DNA from: a virus
Taxonomy: Duplodnaviria; Heunggongvirae; Uroviricota; Caudoviricetes
Virus record (IMG/VR): IMGVR_UViG_3300028805_000051
Coordinates: 43,394-107,393 of that record
Reading direction: 5' to 3' (one strand)
Length of the DNA: 64,000 nucleotides
In this document: positions 40,483-52,793 of the stretch, piece after piece
Position numbering within the stretch: the first letter of the stretch is position 1
Layout: the number at the start of each line of letters is the position of its first letter
Translations under genes and position numbers: made by a program
Notes under the pieces: generated by a model
Told to the model about the DNA's origin: nothing
The model's database searches: none
The model's input: only the letters and a program-made list of their open reading frames with translations

Positions 40483-43400
40483 TTAAAATGATTCAGTTGT
40501 ATATGTTGTTTTAAATAAATCTAAATTAATAACATGATCCTTAGCTAAATCTGTAATCTTTCTTCTAGAAAATCTCCAATCACCATGCTTTCCTTTCATA
40601 GCATTTCCTAACCACCAATTAGTTGATGTTATTAAGGCATTAGTGTTGTTCACAACAATGTTCTTTCTATTATGCTAATTATCAGTTTCAATTTGTAATT
40701 TATTATTTCTTAACGCCTAAGCAATATTATATCCCCATTGTCCAAGCGTATAACTATATGCATAATTTAATGCGTTATCTGGATCCTAACAATCTATTAA
40801 TATAGGTTTTCCATTTTCATCATCTCTTACATAAAGATAAGCGTGATCAGGTTGATCAAATTTAGCATTTGACATTTCATAATGTCCTCTAACCACTCCA
40901 GTACTATATTTCACAGTATATGATATTGGAGCCATAACATTACTTGCAGTATCTTCTGGTATACGTTGCTGTGTACCATAATTATTAATAGTGTATGTTG
41001 TAGGAATAGGATGATCAAGTAAATATTCTTCAGGAGTATCAAGAACATAATATGTAGTTACTCCATTAGTAACAACTGATGAATTATTTTCATCCCCAGA
41101 TGCATAAATTCTACTTCCAATAACTCTTGTGCCAATATGAATCTTACCATCTGTAGCAACCTTACCAAAATCAAAGTATGATCCCACACTCTTCATACCA
41201 TTTTCCCAAACAGTAACACTATTACCAGTTACAACACCATTAATAAGTCTTCTACCAGTTATAGTAGCAAGGCTACCTTCTTTTGCTTCATTAAAGTCTA
41301 AAGTATGTTTTTCGTAAGGCTCATAAGTACCATTGCGAGAGGGGTCAGAAAGGTTTATGCAGATGTCGTGGTTGTATGATGTAACATCTTTAGGTGTATG
41401 TGTATTAAATGCTATATAATAAGTGTTAGGACCAGTTATAAAAACAGAATTAATAGATGCGGAAAAAGAACCAATTAAAGTCTTATTTACATCATAAGCA
41501 TATTTGTCGAGACCATTAGATGCTTTTAGATAATATGCTGTGTTAGGGGATACAGGTATTAAGTTTTTTGAGCAAATAAATTGTACATGGCTAACAACTT
41601 CACCTGTTGTATCGGAAATATATCCATTCTCCCACTCTTCGTCCCACTGATTAAACCCGGTAGTCTCAATACCACTTGCAGCATTGTTAATAAGAATAGG
41701 AGTAGGAGTATAGTCATAGTAGTCAAGAGGATAAAGCGCTTCAAATTCTGCAACAGTTGAAGGTTCATTACCGGCACCGAACATCTTAGTTAAATCAAAA
41801 ACATTCTGTTTATTCTTGACATAGTATTTGTGTCCGTTAGGGTCTGTAATGATTACATCACTTGTTTTAGCTATTGCCCTGACTGAAAAACCGCTGTACC
41901 GACCGTAGTTGTTCCGCGGACCGACACCACCAGAGCTAAAGCTCAGACCTCTGGCATGACGAGCAGAGTAGAACGAACTAGACCAGTAATAGCCATTCGA
42001 GTCGTGATTGCCCCACGAAGAACCATTGCCGCTGCCTGAGGCAGAGAAGAAGAGGCGGTTGCCGTTGGTCTTGCTCTGGAGGTAGAGGCCTACAATGCCG
42101 TTTACGGTCACTCTTTTATCTGTTGTATCTGATGGAATTTCAACACCATCAGCATTAATAAAAATACAATTATTAACCAGTTCTTGAAAATCCGCAGACT
42201 GAGGTATATACCACGGTGCCCCAAGATTTGCTCGGGCAGCATCATAGGTCTCTCCCACAGGTATATTAGTAGTTAGTCCTGCACCAGCAGTATCTCCGTA
42301 AGGCTGTCCATCATACCAAGGTTCTTGACTATTAGCACTGCCCCAGTTATAGTCAAAAGCAGAAGTACTGATAGGATTGTGTCCTTCAATATTACCCCAA
42401 GAAAAGAATGAACCTTCATATTGAAATGGACTTGCAGCAAACTTATTAGGTTGAGTAACATCAATATTGGATGTAGCCCAAAGGTTACCACTAGGAAGAC
42501 CCATATCAACAAAAGTTCCTTCGCCTAGCAATTGATTCCATACTATAGTGTTACCTTTGAGAGTGCCTATCTGTGCAGTACCTGTACTATTAATATTACC
42601 AGTTTTACAAAATGTATACTCTGTTGGTACTGGATTATTGTATTCAATTGAAGGTAATACTAATTTAACTTTTTTAGCTTCAGTAACTAAACGTTGTCCA
42701 CTTCCATCAAATATGATTGCACAAGAATCTAATACAGGAACATTAGTGTCTAAAAATTGTGCATTTTTTACACTCTAATCTGGACAACTATAAGAATCTG
42801 TATAATTTTGATCAAATGATTTATCAATAAGTTTAAACTTTGGAAGATATAATGATTTATCGTCAAATGATACTTTATTTTTTATTACAGTTCCAGTATT
42901 ATATGCATTATAGTTTACATCATTAATAACTGGATATGCATTATTTGTTGTAATATTTACATTGTAAGAAGTATTTACTGAATAGTTATTAGTATACACA
43001 AATTTACTTATTTCATTACTACCTATCCAATAATCATAGTTTACATTCTAATCTGGTTGTTGAACATAAATACTATTGAAATTTCTTACAATATCAACTA
43101 ATAGATCTTTTCTAGATAAATAAAATGTTTTTAATATATAAGGATAACCATTTTTATCTAACATTATTGGAATACAATAAGTGCTAATTCCTGCCTCATG
43201 TGATGTTTCAGATGTAGATAAATTACTCCAGTCATTTACAATACCATACCATAATAAGAATGTAGGACTACCTATATTTGAAGTAATAGCCTCAAGATTC
43301 TATTTTACTGTAGCCCATTGTGCTGGATTTGTTTTTAGTTGATGTGCTAAATATGAAATTTTCTACCATCCATTTATATTTAATAACGTTCCACTCTTAA

Positions 43401-45831
43401 GAGAAGCTTCTGAGTTGTTATCAATTGGCGTAACTAAATTTGGAATACCTTCCATTATTCCAATATACTAATCTGCTCTTCTCTAGTGCCATTCAGTTCC
43501 ATATGTATCACCCCACCATTTTCTACAATTTAATGCATAATTAAACCAATATTGTGGATAAATTTCAGAAATTTCTGCATTTAACTAAGCACCACTACTA
43601 TTAGTTTTAATAGAACTTAATGGTCCTAATACATTTTCAAGCTATCTTCGTCCTAGTTCACTATAATGTTTTGGCATATATGGTATAAAAGCTGGCATAA
43701 TTGTATTCATAGTAAATTTATAATCATTTACTGTTTCTCCAGTAGCATTTGGATTTTTTGCTAATTTAGAGAATAACTATGAGTATAATTTATAATTAAT
43801 TGTTAAATTATTATTAGTTACATTATACCATACTTTATTTTTTCCAGACTATGGTTCCTAACTAGGAATTGATTCATTATCAACTGATGGAACAGTATCA
43901 TCAATTAATTCTCCTGTCCTAGAAATTTCAGTTGAGTATTTAATATCATTATTGTAAGTTACATTATTTGGAGTAAAACTTAAACCAAATGGAAAACCAT
44001 AATTTTCATTTTCACTAGTTGGAATACTTGTTTCTATATTATGTTTATATACAGCAGATCCAGTTTTTACAGTTTCATATTTTATTCTTGCAGTTTCAAT
44101 ATTTAAAGGTGGCTCAGTTAAAATGTTAGTTGCATTACTATCAGAACTAATACTTTCAGATGAATAATCAACTATTTTATTTCTAATAATATTTGCTTCC
44201 CAGTCTATATCAAATACTTTCTATGTAATTGTAGCAGGAATTTCTGGAGTAGGGTTTGTTGTATCTGGATTATCTTGGATAATAATCATATTATCAAAAC
44301 TTTCCAAATATAATTTATTTGTAAATGTACTAGTTATAACTGCATACCAATCACTAGTATAACGTTTTTCTGAAGGTTGTAAATTTGCTACATGTTTTTT
44401 AACATTAATATTTATTCTACCAATATAATATTTTCCTTTTTCAATATCATTTTCAAAAGAAATAAATTTAGTATAATTTCCAAAATAATTACTACTGTCT
44501 AAATTAATTTTCTTTATATATGAAGCTGAAGAATCGTAATTGATAAATAAATTTTGTCCTGATGAAGCATATAAATCTTCAATATTAATTAATTCAAGAT
44601 ATAATTCGTCAATTTGATAAATATATTTAGAATTCTGATCAGTATCTATATAAGCTTTTAAACTATAATCAAATACAAACTTATTAGTTGCAAAATCATT
44701 ATAATATCTAAATATAGAATCATCAAAATCAACTTTTCCAGAACCAATAGCTGATATATCAATTACATCAGTTCTTTTGAGTGATTCAACTTTTCCATAA
44801 GTTCCCTCATAATTATATTTTGGATATACTGTATATTCTATAATAGCATCTTTTGGAACAATGTAAGAACCATCATTTTCTGGAGATACTTTAACATTGT
44901 TATTTGTAACAATTATATCATAATCACTTAAACGATTTCCTCTCCAATCATTATTACCAGTCCCATTACCAGTCCATTCTTCCCCATTTTCATTATAAGC
45001 CGCTGGAGTAATTATTAATTTTAAATTACTTGCATCTTCATCAATTGTTTCAGTAGAAACACTAACATTTATATATGCAGGTAATATTAGTTCAGCCTAT
45101 AAATATAATTTTCCACAAATTTTATTTTTATAAATTGAATAATCTGTGTCATCTGGAGAATTATTATGTAAAATTCTAATAAAAGGAGTATGTGCTATAG
45201 CTTTTGCAGTTTCCCAAGCTATTGGAGATTGAGCAGATCCGTCATAAACATCAGAATATTTCTAAGTCATATCAATTAATTCGTTAGAAATATCTATACT
45301 AGTTCCATCAGAATTAATAATTAAAGCACGTAATCTTATATAGTTATAATTGTTTTCATAACTACAAGCCACATTATTATCATAAGTAATGACAAATTTA
45401 TCACCTGTTCGAATAATTTCATCATTTTCTCCTATTAATAATACTCTATCTGTAGTATTTTTAATAAAACCTGCTTCAATAAAATCTGTTAAAAGTTTTA
45501 ATCCAGTCTATGGAGTTCCAGAATCTTCCTAACTTAAATTTCTTTGAGGAGAAGGAAAACAGCCTATCTAACTTTCTCCTTTTAGTGGATTATATGAAGC
45601 TACATATACTATTCCCCCATGTTCTTTCATTCCTACTGGTACATATCCTTCAGGAAGTTGAGCCTAATCTACTTTAGCATTACCCATATCATTCTAAAGC
45701 ACTAATTCATTACCATTCATAGTAACCATTGTAGCATTTAGTGCACCAGTAAGAGTATGATTATCTATTGCAATAGGATTAGTGTCTAAATTTAGTCCTT
45801 TATCAAACTAATTTGCTCCTTGTTGTCTCAT
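40483..45831 (-). CDS. Muzzle/tail-stabilization-like protein (~1782 aa, TAG=Gln) with an internal DGR-target C-type-lectin-like domain
   Basis: Starts MRQQGANQFDKGLNLDTNP...LQNDMGN...GMKEHGGIVYVASYNP. Track ORFs 42775 and 40786 and the sampled flanks are in frame with only TAG interruptions; TAA at 40483. Internal VDMGLPSGNLWATSNI...YWSSS...GFSVRA domain. Confidence 0.75.
41876..42045 (-). repeat. DGR-type variable repeat (VR); no partner template repeat seen in the window
   Basis: Encodes GSGNGSSWGNHDSNGYYWSSSFYSARHARGLSFSSGGVGPRNNYGRYSGFSVRA; variable positions are NNY codons derivable from AAY; 41881-42120 is 54% GC (129/240, hand count). Confidence 0.75.
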
Positions 45832-46847
45832 ATTAATTCATAATCATTATTAATTACTAAAATATCCTAAAACTTAAGTGGCTCTCTTTCTAAAAATAAT
45901 TCAGCATCTTTAGTTTTAAAGTTCTCATTATAAAATGTAAATCCCATGTCAATTGGGTATGGAACTTTAAAAAAATATCTAAAATTACTTTCAGATAATG
46001 AACAATCTTCCCAAAGTTTATATAAAACAATATTACCAAAGTTATAATGTTTTCTTGGACGACCTCTTTTCTTTTTACTATTTACAAATTCCTTATAACG
46101 TTCATCACTTAAACCAAAATAATAATATCCATCCCAAGGAATTTTCTTACGATTATACATAACTCGTATCTTATTTCGTAATTTTATCTTATAGTAATTG
46201 AAATGTCCTAAAGAATCATTTCTAAGTATACCTATATAAAACCAAAATCCGGAATCTTTGATTAAAACATCACCACCATAAGTATTTACTAAATATAAAG
46301 ATTTCCATCCAAAATTCAAAATTTTCTATAAATCTGAATCAGGAATTAATGGAAACTTTTCTTTTACAGATGAGTAATAATCTTTAATAGTCTTTACTAT
46401 TTTTCCGTAATAAACTCTACCTTCATTTGTGTATTTAGTGATTCTTTCTTTTAATTCTTTATTAACATAAACCTATTTAGCCTTTGGAATATTACGATGG
46501 CCATACATATAGAATTGTAATTGATTAGCTATAAAGTTAGAATCTATGAAATCTACCTCCATAAATTTTCCATTTTTTCTAGCTTTTTTAAATTCTTCAT
46601 CCCGATATGTATGCATCTGTAATGATGTCTTTCTTGATCCAGTTGGAAGCTAAAATTCAACATCATTATCAATTATATCATTAACTATTATTTTTACACA
46701 TTCTCTGAAAACTTTATAACATAATCTTTTCTTATGATTATCTCCATAAAGTCGCTAAAGAGATACTCCATCAATTAAAAGATTCTATGATTTAAAGTTT
46801 TGAAATATTTCATCAAGTTTCCAAGCATATCCTAAAGCATAATTCAT
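45828..46847 (-). CDS. crAss IHF-like/conserved protein (~339 aa, TAG=Gln)
   Basis: Starts MNYALGYAWKLDEIF; KQ(TAG)VYVNKELKERIT and KILNFGWKSLYL motifs; TGA overlaps the next ATG. Confidence 0.65.
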
Positions 46848-46850
46848 AAA

Positions 46851-47537
46851 TTAAATAATAGGTTTTAAAGATTTATTAAATTGTTTACGATTCCAACTTG
46901 TTTTTGCATTTAGAATTTCATCCATCTAATTTTGATTTATATATTCTGGAGTCTTTGCTTGGTCACATTTAGTTATCCAATCTTGTTTAAGCATCTACAC
47001 AGCTGCCATAATATTTTTATCCATTACCTATAAAGCTTCTTTATATTTCTAGGTATATGCAATATAGACAGCAATTGCATTAGCTTCTTTATCATTTATA
47101 TCAGGTAAACCATTATCATCAAGTACTTCCCCTTTATATAACACTCCAACAAAACGATAAGGTTTATCAAAATATAAGGTATGACCAATCTATTCATACT
47201 TTAAAAACTTTCCTGGTTGATATAAAGGATCAGTGAACATTTTAGTTCTTTCAATATATTGTTCTATAGCAAAGCTATCTGGGTCACCATGCCAGTGTTT
47301 ATTAGTTACATGTTCCCAATCTTCCCAAGCTCCACACACAGAGATTACATGCATAACATTACAAGGTAGTTCCAAACTTAATGTTTTTGGATCCACACTT
47401 CCAAAATATCTATAAGTTCTACAATTTTTATTACCTATATGATTATAAGCAATAAGAGCCAATTCTTCAAATTTATCTTCTGGCATATCAATTCCATATA
47501 GCTCATTTGCCAGATATTGTGCGTAATGTATATCCAT
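46851..47537 (-). CDS. Tail tubular/ring protein (~228 aa, TAG=Gln)
   Basis: Track ORF 47190 continues past TAG to TAA at 46851; FEELALIAYNHIGNK and GLPDINDKEANAIAVYIAY motifs. Confidence 0.75.
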
Positions 47538-48214
47538 TATACGTATTTTTGGTCATTAGGTAAATTAGGCATATGTAACTAACGATAGTAGTTAACTTTC
47601 TGCTACACTAATCTATTTTTTACTTCAATATCTATAAAACTATAGTTTTCTGGTTCTTCTGAAGACTCACAACAATTATATCCTTCTAATTGACGTAAAT
47701 CTTTAAACACTCCAACAACAGAAATAACTTTAAGTAAAGGTGCATTAAATATATATCCATCATACATATTATTTTCATTTGGTGTAGGATCAATATATAC
47801 ATAAGGCTTATCTTTACCTCTTTTTCTATATTTCTAATATTTTTGTTGAAAGTCTGCACTTACATAAAAAGTAAAAGGATTTTGTCTATCAACTGAACCA
47901 ATATAAGCTATAGCCGCAGTTCCGAATCCATTTATAATTTGAGGAATTTCGAAATGTGCATTAGGTGTTTTATATCCTGGTTTACAAATTGGACAACGTT
48001 CTAGATCTTTACAATCTACAGGAATACAATTAATTGCAACTAAAAGATCTTTTAAAGGTAATATTCCTTTTAATTGATATTCTTTAATAATTTGTAATCT
48101 TAAAGCAACAATTTCATCTTCAATTTGTTCCTAAGATAATGAAAGATTATGATGTAGACCAGCTAATCCAGAATAAACATCATTTATAACAGCAGATGCT
48201 AATTTTGTATACAT
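47537..48214 (-). CDS. Ring/head-tail connector protein (~225 aa, TAG=Gln; absent from the ORF track)
   Basis: MYTKLASAVINDVYSGLAGLHH...INCIPVDCKDLERC...KYRKRGKDKPYVYID...NDQKYV-TAA. Confidence 0.75.
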
Positions 48215-48221
48215 ACTTATA

Positions 48222-48265
48222 AATAAAAAAGGAGGCAGAGGCTTTTAATGAGCCCTTGCCTCCTA
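48222..48265 (-). terminator. Intrinsic terminator
   Basis: AGGAGGCAAGGGCT...AGCCTCTGCCTCCT followed by TTTTT. Confidence 0.85.
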
Positions 48266-48289
48266 TTATTAATATAATTTTTAAATCTA

Positions 48290-49231
48290 TCAGATTAATT
48301 TACCAGCAACTTCAGTAGTTCCAATTGTAGAATTTGTTAAAGCTGATTCAAAAGCTGAAACAGCATCAGCTTCTACATAGAATACGTGAACTGTACGAGA
48401 AGTAGCAACTCCACCAAGTGCAGTTTGCTGTAAAACACCACGATCTGAAGTATACTGGATTGTGTACTGTGTATAATGACCATTTGGCATTGGTTTATCA
48501 TCATTTGGTTCTCCGCCAAAGACATCACCTTCAGCAATTCCTTGCCATCTACGATTTGCATCGGTAGGAAGACGTAAGTCTTTTACAATATGAGCAAAAT
48601 CTCCAAATGCTTCATTTCCGTTATTAACAGTGACTGTACCACCTGTTGCAGCAATAAATTCTTCGTGAGTTGGTAAACTTGTAGAACCATTTACAACATT
48701 TCCAGCTGTGTCAACAGTTTTTAGAACTTCTAGTTTAACTCCGCTGTTAGCATCTTGATCCATAAAAATTTCCCACTGATCGCAAGCTTCAATTACTAAA
48801 TTTTTAGGATCACCTTGAGCTGCTCCAGCAACACTTGAGAAATTAACTAAATCATAGCCATATTGTGCTAGCATATATTTTTTAGCACGGCTTACGATTG
48901 CATCTGCATCATCACCATTAGTTCCAATAGTGAATTCAACATATAAAGGTCTTCCTTTAAATGTCCAATTATTATAGAAATAAGGATTATTATTATTTCT
49001 TAATCTAATGTACATTGCAATACGATAAATACCATCTGTAGTAGGTAACACAATAGTTGCTTTAGCTTTAGTTGCAGCTACATAAGGTTGTTTCTTAATT
49101 AATTTTGCACTATGGATAGTGCCATCATTATAAAACTCTGGTCCGAATTTTACACGGAAAAATTTTTTAGTTTTGTCTGCCTAAACGCTGCTGCCATCAT
49201 TAACGATAGTTGTTGTTGTGAAATTTAACAT
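48290..49231 (-). CDS. Auxiliary capsid/structural protein (~313 aa, one TAG)
   Basis: Starts MLNFTTTTIVN; a single TAG at codon 17; C-terminal GHYTQYTIQYTSDRG...TVHVFYV; ends TGA. Confidence 0.75.
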
Positions 49232-49250
49232 AATTTTTTAGTTTTTAAAA

Positions 49251-50375
49251 TTATTTCTCTGTCGGTGCCTGAGCTGGGTTAGCAATCGACATTGAAATTG
49301 GAACATGTGATTGTAATCTTGGATCACTTGAATTTTCCATAATTAAATGGGTCAGCTCATTTATTATCTCTTGACAAACATAATCTGGAAATTCCATCAT
49401 TTGTGATGTATCTTCAGTTAAGTCTATCTACTCTTGTGTTAAACGTAAATGTTGTGGAGCTTTAATATAGTCGATATAGATACTCTTTAAATCGAATATA
49501 CTATCGTCCTTTCCTGTTCTAATTTCAATTCTTACTTTTGAAGTATTTGCTAAACGTTGAGCAGTTGGTTTTTCAACTAATGAAGTAGGAGTACTGTCAT
49601 CAAGTTTAAATGTTCTTGATAAGTTAGAATTTCCTTCCTGATTAGTTACATAGGGGTCGTTGTCTTTTATATAATAATCAGTGTTTTCAGCCCATTCTGT
49701 TGGCTATGGGTCACATTCTATATAAGTAGTACCAGATTTAGTATAGTAAGTTTCATTTGTATCTGGGGTAGTAACAACCGTCTAATTGACTAAACTATAT
49801 TCAGAAGGAGTTACTTCGTATTTATCCTTATTCATATCAGTACCTTCACCTGTACTTGAATTATAAGGATTAGTAGGAACAACTTCATCAACGTTTACAT
49901 TATGAAGATAGTAATAAGGTTTTTTATATGAAGGTTTCATATAGAAATTATTAATAATCTATCCCCATAAATCAGCAGTTAAACGCGTAGCTCCAAATTG
50001 GACATATGTATTTGGATCATAGCATTTAAACTATTTTTTTACTTTATAATTACAAATGCAATTAAGTAAGTGTAAATAATCAGCAGGAAGAAAAGCTTCA
50101 TAAGTAGCTCCATATAGAGAATTTTGGGATATTACATCACCACTTATATTATTACCATATTTTGTAGTTTTAGTAACATTTAATACAGTAGTTGATTTTA
50201 ATACTCTTAAATCATCTGTGGACTACTGATTTACATCATATACGTTATATTTTTTATTAATATACTGATTTATAGCTTTATTAGCAAGATAATTAAAATC
50301 TTCAAGCAACATTGATGGAGCTTGAACTTTATTTAACTCTACTAAAACACCTTCATATACCTATCTTAGGGTCAT
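49251..50375 (-). CDS. Ring protein (~374 aa, TAG=Gln; absent from the ORF track)
   Basis: MTLRQ(TAG)VYEGVLVELNKVQAPSMLLEDFNY...NQQ(TAG)STDDLRVLK...EFPDYVCQEIINEL; ends TAA. Confidence 0.8.
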
Positions 50376-50400
50376 TGCTATATCGTTTTATGTTAGTAAA

Positions 50401-51243
50401 TCACTTTTCTTTATTTTCTTCTTTATCATCTTTATACATATCTGGATATGTATCTCGCTTGATAAGTTCGAGTATTTTTTTATTTTTAGGATCTTTCATC
50501 CATGTTATAACTGCATCATCTGTAGTTCCAAGAACTATATTATCTGCATACATATAAAGTTTATTTTTAACATAGATGACTCTTTTATCCTTTGCTTCTA
50601 TAAACAGCAATCTCAACGAAGTATCACTACCAACGTATGCTGTAATAATTTTATCTGGATCAGACTCAGCTACAGAAGTTAGGTAATCAGTAACATCAGC
50701 ATCACTAGTACCTTTCATATTTTTTCCAAGTAAACGGCAAATAAGAAGTCTACCTTCTGCACCTCGTTTGTCGTCATAAATAAAGTTAAGAGCTTGACGG
50801 TATTTATCTTTCTTAGAAATACGACGATTAGCTTCTTCTTCTGGTTTATAAACATAAAGTTCAGCACGTCCATATCTAGGAGTTGGGTTACTCCACCCCA
50901 TTGTACCATCAATTAAATAATTCCCTTGAGCATCTTTAGCATCTCTAGAAGGAGCAATAAATGGACAGTTTTTAATAGCTTCCCATTGACGTGATTCAAT
51001 TTCATCTTTAAGATTGAAGGTTTTTCCATCTTCAATTACAAAAACCGCAGTTTCTGGAATAAAATATTTACCACTATTGCGTTCCTCATCTGTTAAAATC
51101 ATATCACCCATAGAATTAACTCTTTTCACAAATTCTGGAAACTATCCAGTCCTTGGATTTCTACAGGGTTGGATAAAGTATTTTTGACCAACCTTGCCAA
51201 AAACACTTCTCAAAATAATAATATCATTTGTTGAAATTGCCAT
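50401..51243 (-). CDS. Conserved crAss protein downstream of the MCP gene (~280 aa, one TAG)
   Basis: Starts MAISTNDIIILRSVFGK; TAG at codon 34, then track ORF 50401; ends TGA. Confidence 0.8.
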
Positions 51244-51257
51244 ATTTACATTAACAT

Positions 51258-51296
51258 AAAATAAAAAGGGAGCTGAGGCGTAGTCAGCCCCCTTTA
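51258..51296 (-). terminator. Intrinsic terminator after the MCP gene
   Basis: AAAGGGGGCTGA-CTACGCC-TCAGCTCCCTTT followed by TTATTTT. Confidence 0.85.
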
Positions 51297-51329
51297 TCCT
51301 AAAAATTTATTTAATTTAATTTTTTAATC

Positions 51330-52754
51330 TCAAATTTCTTGGCAGATAAAGCTGCGGTATGGGTTAAATACTGCAATACCAGCATATCCGTGTAAAACAA
51401 GTTTACTACCAGCAACTGGAGTTGCAACTGGGCCTGACTGACCACCATTTAATCCACCAACACCAGCAATAGAGTTGCTAACAAATTCTTTTCCTTTAAG
51501 AGAGAACTGAGCAATTGCGGGTTGATTGTTAGCTTCATCAGCTGTTAAGTCAACACAAATCATATAACCTTTATCGTTACCAAATTCACGTGAAAGTGCA
51601 CGGTCAACACTGAAAGTAATCTGATTACCAGCGATTAAATAAGTATCGTAAGTAGCACCTACGCTTACATATCCATTAGCTGATTTTGACCACATATAAG
51701 CTCCATCAGTATGGAAGCGAGCAAGATAATCTCCAAGAACGATTTGTACATCATTCCATGCTTTTTCGTTAACGCAGAAATGGTATTTATTACCAGTAAC
51801 TTTGTTAGCTTTTTCATTCATAGTACGAATGATTGTGTTGAATAATTCAAGAGTCATTCTACTATAAGCATATTTAGAAGCAAAACGTTCGATTTGAGGT
51901 ACAAGACCATCACCAATTGTAATTCCACGTCCAGTATCTGGGTCTACAATAGTAGGTTTACCAGTTTTAGGATTGATATTACATTTATTGAAAAGTAAAC
52001 CTTGAGCTCTTGAGAACATAAAATTGTCAAGAAGTTTCTTTTCAACAGTGTCCATATGATAAATAGATTCAGTTAAATTATTTTTATCTTTACCCTGTCC
52101 GATTTTGATAAATACATCTTCAAGAAGTTTGTATTGTTCTGAATAACTAATATCATTACGGAAAAGAGTTAGATAATTTCTATGTTTACTAACTGAACTC
52201 TGTTCTTTTGTATATCCTTCTTCTGATAACTCAGGGTGAGCATTAGATTGGAATCTACAAGTCATACCAGCTTTACAAGCGGTAAGATCAAGAGTAGTAT
52301 CATAAGAATTATCAATTAAACGTACCTAAACTTCCCAGCAGTTATCAGCCTTACGAATAGGACGGCTAACAACGATACATTGCTAACGGCTTTCGTCAAT
52401 CTTGAAGATGTCATACTTCTCGAAATAACGCTCTGTGAACTTCATTGTAATTTCTGTTCCGTCAGCACCAGTCTCTATAACATCCTCAGCAAAAGGAATA
52501 CGTTTAATATAAGAATCCTCAATTTCCCATTCAAAATACATTGAATCAATAGCTTGGAACTTATTAGCTTTCTTTTCATCGTTGTAGTAAATGTTAGCTA
52601 ATGAACGAGTTAAAAAGTCAGCTGTTAAATCTGTATTCATACGTGATACAACGCCTAACATATGAGGTTTACTTCCTAAAAATTTGTAAAAGTCTTCATA
52701 TGTATGAGTTTCACTCATTGTAGGGCGATTAGTAACAAAATTTGCAACAATCAT
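51330..52754 (-). CDS. Major capsid protein (~474 aa, two in-frame TAG)
   Basis: MIVANFVTNRPTMSETHTYEDFYKFLG, SNAHPELSEEGYTKEQSS and YAGIAVFNPYRSF are crAss MCP motifs; TAG at 52383 and 52326. Confidence 0.92.
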
Positions 52755-52793
52755 AACTAAATTTTATTTTTAAATTAACTAATAAATATTTTA

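Noticed and set aside
40786-42531. The 581-aa ORF as a stand-alone gene
   Set aside because: It has a TTG start with no stop before it, is bounded by TAG on both sides, and is in frame with the 45831-40483 gene.
48290-52754. Raised GC in the MCP, auxiliary capsid and 32833-33159 genes as horizontal transfer
   Set aside because: Explained by Ala/Gly/Pro-rich composition and the codon bias of highly expressed genes; these are core crAss genes.
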